DNA of 64,000 bases from Eledone cirrhosa. Taxonomy: Eukaryota. The stretch covers positions 439,642,001 through 439,706,000 of the forward strand of contig OZ024740.1 of the NCBI GenBank assembly GCA_964016885.1, read 5' to 3'. The notes beneath the pieces are model-generated. The model saw only the letters and a list, made by a program, of their open reading frames with translations. It was not told the origin of the DNA and searched no databases. Below are positions 54,801 to 64,000 of the stretch, in pieces. The position numbers and the translations under genes are program-made. Position 1 is the stretch's first letter; every line of letters starts with the position of its first letter.

Positions 54801-55560
54801 TCCAACTTATCCACAAGAGCAGTCTTAACAGCAAATGCTACCCCAGTCTCTCTTCTAATTCCTTTATCTCTCCCTTTCCAAAAGAATGTATATTTTCCAC
54901 AAAATTATGTAAGATGACATCTCCAGCTAACCTCGTCTCAGATAAAGGTACGATGTAAGATCATAACGTCGAACCTCCTTTGCTATAAGATCGGTCCTTC
55001 ATTCAGGACGTTCTGAGGAATCACTGTCAAGCAGTGTCCGTACAGTCCAACAGCCAATATCCAATGCTTTGTTTGGTTCTATCACAGTACCATGATGATG
55101 GCCGGGTGTGGTTCCAGAGCCGTTATTGTCATTTATTTTTATACTGTTTTGGACATCGTTGAATTTGTTGTTTCTAAGGGTGCAGCCAGCCATTCAGTTG
55201 AGAAAAAAAAATCTTATAAATAATAAAATCGATTAATGTTTTCGTGTAATGCCTGTGTGTGAAGATATTTTTTAAGTGAGGAAAAACTATGCACTGAGCC
55301 AATCCCACTCTCTGGGTGCCAGTATCTATAACACGAAAAGAAAAAAGATCAGCATCATCAGTAACTACTGAGCCTATTTTACCCAGTTATTATTGATCTG
55401 GGGAAACCTATGGTTGTATCATGCGCGGGAACATTGAAATAATCGGGCTGGATACCCGAACACGCGGTTAAATCACTAGGAGTGAAGGACCCCTAGCCTT
55501 TGTGAAAGCATCCTTCTAGGAGAAGGTAACTCAGGAAACTGTGATAACTCCGATATAAAA
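51810..55560 (-). mobile_element. RTE/BovB-clade LINE copy 1, decayed, 5' UTR start inverted (~55422-55560 on +)
   Basis: APE (IGCWTVRTL, VSVYA, LGDFNA, LLDYILV, WSDYH), RT (NYRGISL, ESQSGFRAGRGTIDMIF, RLRWSGHLARM..IPKQL), C2H2 fingers at the C-terminus. Confidence 0.88.
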
Positions 55561-55724
55561 CATACATACATACAACCATACATATATACACACATGTATA
55601 CATACATACATACAAACATTATACAACCATACATACATATATACACACATACACATGTATACATACATACATACATACACATACATACATACATACAAAC
55701 ATACATACCCACATACATACATAC

Positions 55725-58135
<2,411 letters not shown>

Positions 58136-58934
58136 CAAAAAAACAAACAAAAAAAACCTCACTTATTGACACTTATACGTACGACATACACACACGCGCA
58201 TACATATGCGCGCACACACACGCATACATACCCGCGCACACAGCAACACTCATACATACAATCAAACACACACACGCTACTCACACACACACACATATAT
58301 ATATCTTTAAGTCGTTTGGAAGCCTCGACAATGCAAATGGGTAAATCTCAGGGTAACAAGATCCGGTGGTGGAGAGCGAAATGTAAGTGGGTGTACGTTG
58401 AGATGCGTGGTGTGTATAAGACGTGTAGAAGAATGAAGGAAAGAGTATAAAGGATAACATTAAAATAACAACACGAGAGAGAGTTACCTTGGGAGAGATT
58501 TAATTGTCCCTATATATTTAGGATTCACATCCATCAACTGGGGTTTTTTTCCGGGGTGGGAGAAAGGTTGTCTGTCGGAAAGGTGCGAAACGCGTCCTCC
58601 GCTGTTTGTTGTTTTGAATATCTGAGGTATTCAGCAGAGCGCGCGTGCGCGTGAAATGGGGTCGGTCGGGCAGAGGTTAGCAGCCCAATGAGGGAGTGGG
58701 GTGGCGCTAGCTGTCAGTCCATTCTCTGCCTGTTTGTTAAATGTATGTTTGTGTGCGTGTGTTGTTGTCTCGCTTGAGTGTGTGTGTGTGTTCGTGTGTT
58801 GTTGCCTTGTTCCTCTGTATTGGCAGTCTAGTATGTTCGTAAGGTGGAATGCTACTGTGTGTGTGTGCGTGTGCGTGTGTAGTTGTCTCGTATGTGTGTG
58901 TGTGTGTGCGTATGTTGCTGCATCGTTTGTTAAC

Positions 58935-59110
58935 TTAAACCAGCCATCTCATTTCGCTTCTCTCTGATCGATTGTTTATTTGCGGTTGCAGGCGTTTGAT
59001 AAAAAGCGCTTCCTTGATACGTAACGTGTCGACGTTTCTTTTAGTCGCTAGAATTGTGACAATGGGCCTTCCGTCTTTGTTTCCGCATTTGTCTATGTGT
59101 TTCCGGAATA
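58935..59110 (-). pseudogene. C-terminal GIY-YIG fragment (PLE remnant)
   Basis: HIDKC..ILAT..LRIKEALFIKRLQPQIN. Confidence 0.65.
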
Positions 59111-59224
59111 TATATATTACCGTCATTACTGATACAAGATTACAAGATTATGTCAACTGTTGACTTTCAAGAGTTTGTATAGTTGAAGCCGATCGTATTA
59201 CAGTCCAGTATTATTATAATTGCT

Positions 59225-59372
59225 TTACAGCATAGAGTTATGGCTCTCCACGCTCTGAGCTTAAATCCCGCCGAGGTCAACCTTGCTTTTCATCCCCACG
59301 GAGTCAACAAAAGAGAGTACCAGTGATGCGCTGGGCCAGTCGCTGGATCCGTGCCAAAAGAAAAATTATTAT
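59225..59372 (+). mobile_element. SINE, diverged copy
   Basis: AAATCCCGCCGAGGTCAACCTTGCTTTTCATCC..GAGTACCAG. Confidence 0.65.
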
Positions 59373-60743
59373 TAAAGTTGTTTTCTTAAGGCCCGGTCGC
59401 TGGTGATGGTGATGGTGGTGGCGGTGGTGGCGGTGGTGGTGGTGGTGGTGGTGGTGCTGGCAGTTGATGTTGTTGTTGTGTTGTGTGCGTGTGTGTTTTG
59501 TTATTTTGAGTTTTTTTGTTTGTATGTGTTTTTTGTTTGTTTTTTTATGTGTGTATATACATCACTCAGTCAAACGACCAGATTTCAACCCAAACATCTA
59601 CAACAACAACACCGGCACTAATGTTTACAGCAACAACAGCTTCAGAATGAATTGAAATGAACATACATACATACATACATACATACATACATACATACAT
59701 ACATACATTCATGTATACACACATACATACATACACACACACACACATGTATACACACACACATACATACATACATACAAACATACATGTACCTGTACAC
59801 AAGATATGAATAGGTGGTACGTAGCTTTCAGATATATAAATGTGTTAAGGTGTAGTAAGAAATCACACTCACTGAAACTTTTACACAAACACATCTCAAC
59901 ATCTTTGTCTTGCCTATATTTCAATAATTTTCAGTAATTATCTATAATTCTCAATTCAAAACATGTCCAACAGCCTGTAGTTATCTCCCAAACAACTCTC
60001 TTCGCCCCTTTTTTCTCTCTTTTTAGTTTAGTAATTCCCGCCAATACACTTATCTATATCTTCAATACGCTTCAAGGTGTTTTCTCTATTTGAATAGAAA
60101 GACAAATTAATGCTAAGGAAAGTAAAACAAACAGGAGTGTATTATAATTGCAGGAAATAAACACAATGTGTCTTCCTAACATGGATAGAATGTATAATGA
60201 TCTCTTCGTTATTTCAATAACTTGCGGTGAATTATACATTTAATGTTTTTCATGAAAGACGAACGAAATTCTGCAGCAGTTAATCTTTTAACACTAATTT
60301 TAAATTTCTATTTGTTTTGTTTGTTTTTTATTCAGCAGAATAATTCAGTTTTTTTCAGTTATTTATTCTGAAAGTTGTGTAAATACTTTCATATTTGAAC
60401 GAAACAGCTTTGATCACGACAATATAAATTTGATGTTCCTCTTTAGTATAACTGTTTCATAATATCAACTGTTTGTTTACAAATAAATATGGCGTTTTCT
60501 TTGTGTAGCTTAGCAGAGTTTCGGTAAGTATATGTTAGTAAATATATTTTACACTTATTTACAATGTATTGTAACAAAATAAATCTATTTGATTTCAATA
60601 TATACTCTTAAAATCTTTGTATCAAATACAATAACACTAATGTCGGGCTTTAAATGTGCCAAACAATAAGAGTTGAAACTGTCTAAGGCTTTGGACAAAG
60701 ATCTTACGACAGAATAGTAAGTATAAATATTAACCACTGTATA

Positions 60744-60897
60744 AAACTCTTCCTTAGGAGAACCTCACATGATATAGTGGGGACTAGATATATAGAGAAT
60801 ACGCTACATAAATATTGTGTGAAACTCTTCCTTAGGAAAACCTCACATGATATAGTGGGGACACGATATATAGAGAATACGCTACATAAATATTGTG
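60744..60897. repeat. Tandem duplication, two ~80-bp units
   Basis: AAACTCTTCCTTAGGA..GCTACATAAATATTGTG twice. Confidence 0.9.
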
Positions 60898-61809
60898 CTT
60901 TGAGATCGAGAATAAAATGAATTTGTTAAAGTACATTGACTCCTTAAAATTTGAGAGCCTTCTAAAGTCAGTAGATACTCTATTTTAAAGTGTAGAATAT
61001 ATGTAACAATAAAATATAAAAGACATAAAATACAAATGATAAAGTGTAGTAGTAAAACATATCAGTCTTCCGTATTTCAGACACAATACATTTACATAAA
61101 ATGTGAAGAATTTACAGAAGTTGTTAGATTTTTATCAAAAAAGATGTTTGATTTAAAATGATTTCAACTAGAAGTGGAAGTATTTAGCATGGTATAATAT
61201 CTCTCATTTAATAACAGACAAAACTGATAATTTCCAAGCTATTATTTCAATGGCGATATTTAGCAAATAGTTATTACTTGCTATTATCCAATGGGACAAC
61301 ATATTACGTTTGTCCTTAATGATATTAAAACACAACAGATCGCCAAGATAAAGAAAGAATTAACAGCGATATATATTGGACAAATCGTTAATGTTGTTAG
61401 TAATTAAAGCCACTTCGGATATGAACAAAAATATGTTTGTTAGTAAAAGGGAAATCGGTTTGTCTCAGAGGACTATTTCAACACAAGAAATCTGTTAAAC
61501 GAAATGTCATGTAGAAATCAATAAACTAATATGATAGATGTATGGCTTCTTAAAGCTATTAGTCATTAACGTTCAAATAAACTAAACAGATTCTTCAATA
61601 AGATTGGAGTGTTCAGATAACTCTGATCCATTAAAGGGATAATCAACATATAAACAGAATAAAATAAAACATATTCTCATCATGAAAGTTCCTTCTCATT
61701 AGGTTTCATGTCGGCCTTGATTAAACATACCTATGATCAAAAGTGTTCCAACCATGACCATCCCGTATCAAGTACCTCGTATGGCATATTATATTATCTA
61801 ATGTGGCCT

Positions 61810-61853
<44 letters not shown>

Positions 61854-61857
<4 letters not shown>

Positions 61858-62056
61858 TAGACATAGAATATTCGAAAATATTCTGTATGTTTATAATAAA
61901 CATTTTGAAGACCTAATCGCTATAGAATAGAATACGTCACGTATTACAATTAGATTCTCGATAAAAGCAAGGGAAGTAATCTACGCGTTTCATTCTTATT
62001 AGAAATCTTCAGGACTACATATCCAGTGCTTTTATCGAGAATGACACAGCTAGAGA
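61854..62056 (-). repeat. Inverted partial copy of the 310-bp unit, including the HHR (61976-62018, minus)
   Basis: Reverse complement of TCTCTAGCTG..HHR..CTATGTCTATATT; abuts (TA)n at 61810-61853. Confidence 0.92.
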
Positions 62057-64000
62057 TTGTAATACGTGACGTATTCTATTCTATAGCGATTAGGTCTTCA
62101 AAATGTTTATTATAAACATACAGAATATTTTCGAATATTCTATGTCTATATTCACATATATATCGCTATTTCAGAGCATTTATTCCAATTTCTAATTTCT
62201 GCCGGACCGGCAACCGCTCTTTCAAACCAGTTCATGTACACAGCTAAGTATTCTATAAGTCTCTAGCTGTGTCATTCTCGATAAAAGCACTGGATATGTA
62301 GTCCTGAAGATTTCTAATAAGAATGAAACGCGTAGATTACTTCCCTTGCTTTTATCGAGAATCTAATTGTAATACGTGACGTATTCTATTCTATAGCGAT
62401 TAGGTCTTCAAAATGTTTATTATAAACATACAGAATATTTTCGAATATTCTATGTCTATATTCACATATATATCGCTATTTCAGAGCATTTATTCCAATT
62501 TCTAATTTCTGCCGGACCGGCAACCGCTCTTTCAAACCAGTTCATGTACACAGCTAAGTATTCTATAAGTCTCTAGCTGTGTCATTCTCGATAAAAGCAC
62601 TGGATATGTAGTCCTGAAGATTTCTAATAAGAATGAAACGCGTAGATTACTTCCCTTGCTTTTATCGAGAATCTAATTGTAATACGTGACGTATTCTATT
62701 CTATAGCGATTAGGTCTTCAAAATGTTTATTATAAACATACAGAATATTTTCGAATATTCTATGTCTATATTCACATATATATCGCTATTTCAGAGCATT
62801 TATTCCAATTTCTAATTTCTGCCGGACCGGCAACCGCTCTTTCAAACCAGTTCATGTACACAGCTAAGTATTCTATAAGTCTCTAGCTGTGTCATTCTCG
62901 ATAAAAGCACTGGATATGTAGTCCTGAAGATTTCTAATAAGAATGAAACGCGTAGATTACTTCCCTTGCTTTTATCGAGAATCTAATTGTAATACGTGAC
63001 GTATTCTATTCTATAGCGATTAGGTCTTCAAAATGTTTATTATAAACATACAGAATATTTTCGAATATTCTATGTCTATATTCACATATATATCGCTATT
63101 TCAGAGCATTTATTCCAATTTCTAATTTCTGCCGGACCGGCAACCGCTCTTTCAAACCAGTTCATGTACACAGCTAAGTATTCTATAAGTCTCTAGCTGT
63201 GTCATTCTCGATAAAAGCACTGGATATGTAGTCCTGAAGATTTCTAATAAGAATGAAACGCGTAGATTACTTCCCTTGCTTTTATCGAGAATCTAATTGT
63301 AATACGTGACGTATTCTATTCTATAGCGATTAGGTCTTCAAAATGTTTATTATAAACATACAGAATATTTTCGAATATTCTATGTCTATATTCACATATA
63401 TATCGCTATTTCAGAGCATTTATTCCAATTTCTAATTTCTGCCGGACCGGCAACCGCTCTTTCAAACCAGTTCATGTACACAGCTAAGTATTCTATAAGT
63501 CTCTAGCTGTGTCATTCTCGATAAAAGCACTGGATATGTAGTCCTGAAGATTTCTAATAAGAATGAAACGCGTAGATTACTTCCCTTGCTTTTATCGAGA
63601 ATCTAATTGTAATACGTGACGTATTCTATTCTATAGCGATTAGGTCTTCAAAATGTTTATTATAAACATACAGAATATTTTCGAATATTCTATGTCTATA
63701 TTCACATATATATCGCTATTTCAGAGCATTTATTCCAATTTCTAATTTCTGCCGGACCGGCAACCGCTCTTTCAAACCAGTTCATGTACACAGCTAAGTA
63801 TTCTATAAGTCTCTAGCTGTGTCATTCTCGATAAAAGCACTGGATATGTAGTCCTGAAGATTTCTAATAAGAATGAAACGCGTAGATTACTTCCCTTGCT
63901 TTTATCGAGAATCTAATTGTAATACGTGACGTATTCTATTCTATAGCGATTAGGTCTTCAAAATGTTTATTATAAACATACAGAATATTTTCGAATATTC
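62056..64000 (+). repeat. 310-bp tandem array (>=6.3 apparently identical units), one hammerhead per unit; retrozyme-like
   Basis: ATAAAAGCAC recurs at 62281, 62591, 62901, 63211, 63521 and 63831; no ORF in the supplied track. Confidence 0.95.
62298..62340 (+). ncRNA. Minimal type I hammerhead ribozyme (repeated at 62608, 62918, 63228, 63538, 63848)
   Basis: GTAGTC-CTGAAGA-TTTCT(AATA)AGAAT-GAAA-CGCGT-A-GATTAC; palindromic stem III ACGCGT; predicted cleavage after GUA at 62334. Confidence 0.82.

Noticed and set aside
59900-61800. Possible host exon in unique AT-rich sequence
   Set aside because: No ORF or recognisable motif; small exons cannot be excluded without RNA data
62056-64000. CRISPR-like array
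   Set aside because: Units are identical with no variable spacers; eukaryotic context and no cas genes

Overview
AT-rich, microsatellite-dense eukaryotic (animal) DNA with no recognisable host gene. The repeat spectrum suggests a cephalopod or other mollusc (inference only). 1-16.8 kb is a stack of non-LTR retrotransposons inserted into (ATT/TAA)n tracts: four copies of one R4/Dong family, one copy of a second R4/Dong family, a decayed Tx1-clade L1 and a tiny Tx1 3' end. 17-50 kb is a nest of Penelope-like elements (PLEs) and fold-back remnants in (TA)n tracts, including one intact 775-aa RT + GIY-YIG ORF with direct and inverted pseudo-LTRs. 51.8-58.1 kb holds two decayed RTE/BovB-type LINEs. 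tRNA-SINE copies and a probable non-autonomous Helitron are interspersed. The main hidden layer is RNA: about 20 hammerhead ribozyme (HHR) motifs of several families, folded by eye. The window ends in a non-coding tandem array of apparently identical 310-bp units, each with one minimal type I HHR, preceded by an inverted partial unit. This is a candidate retrozyme / circular-RNA-producing satellite probably mobilised by PLE machinery.
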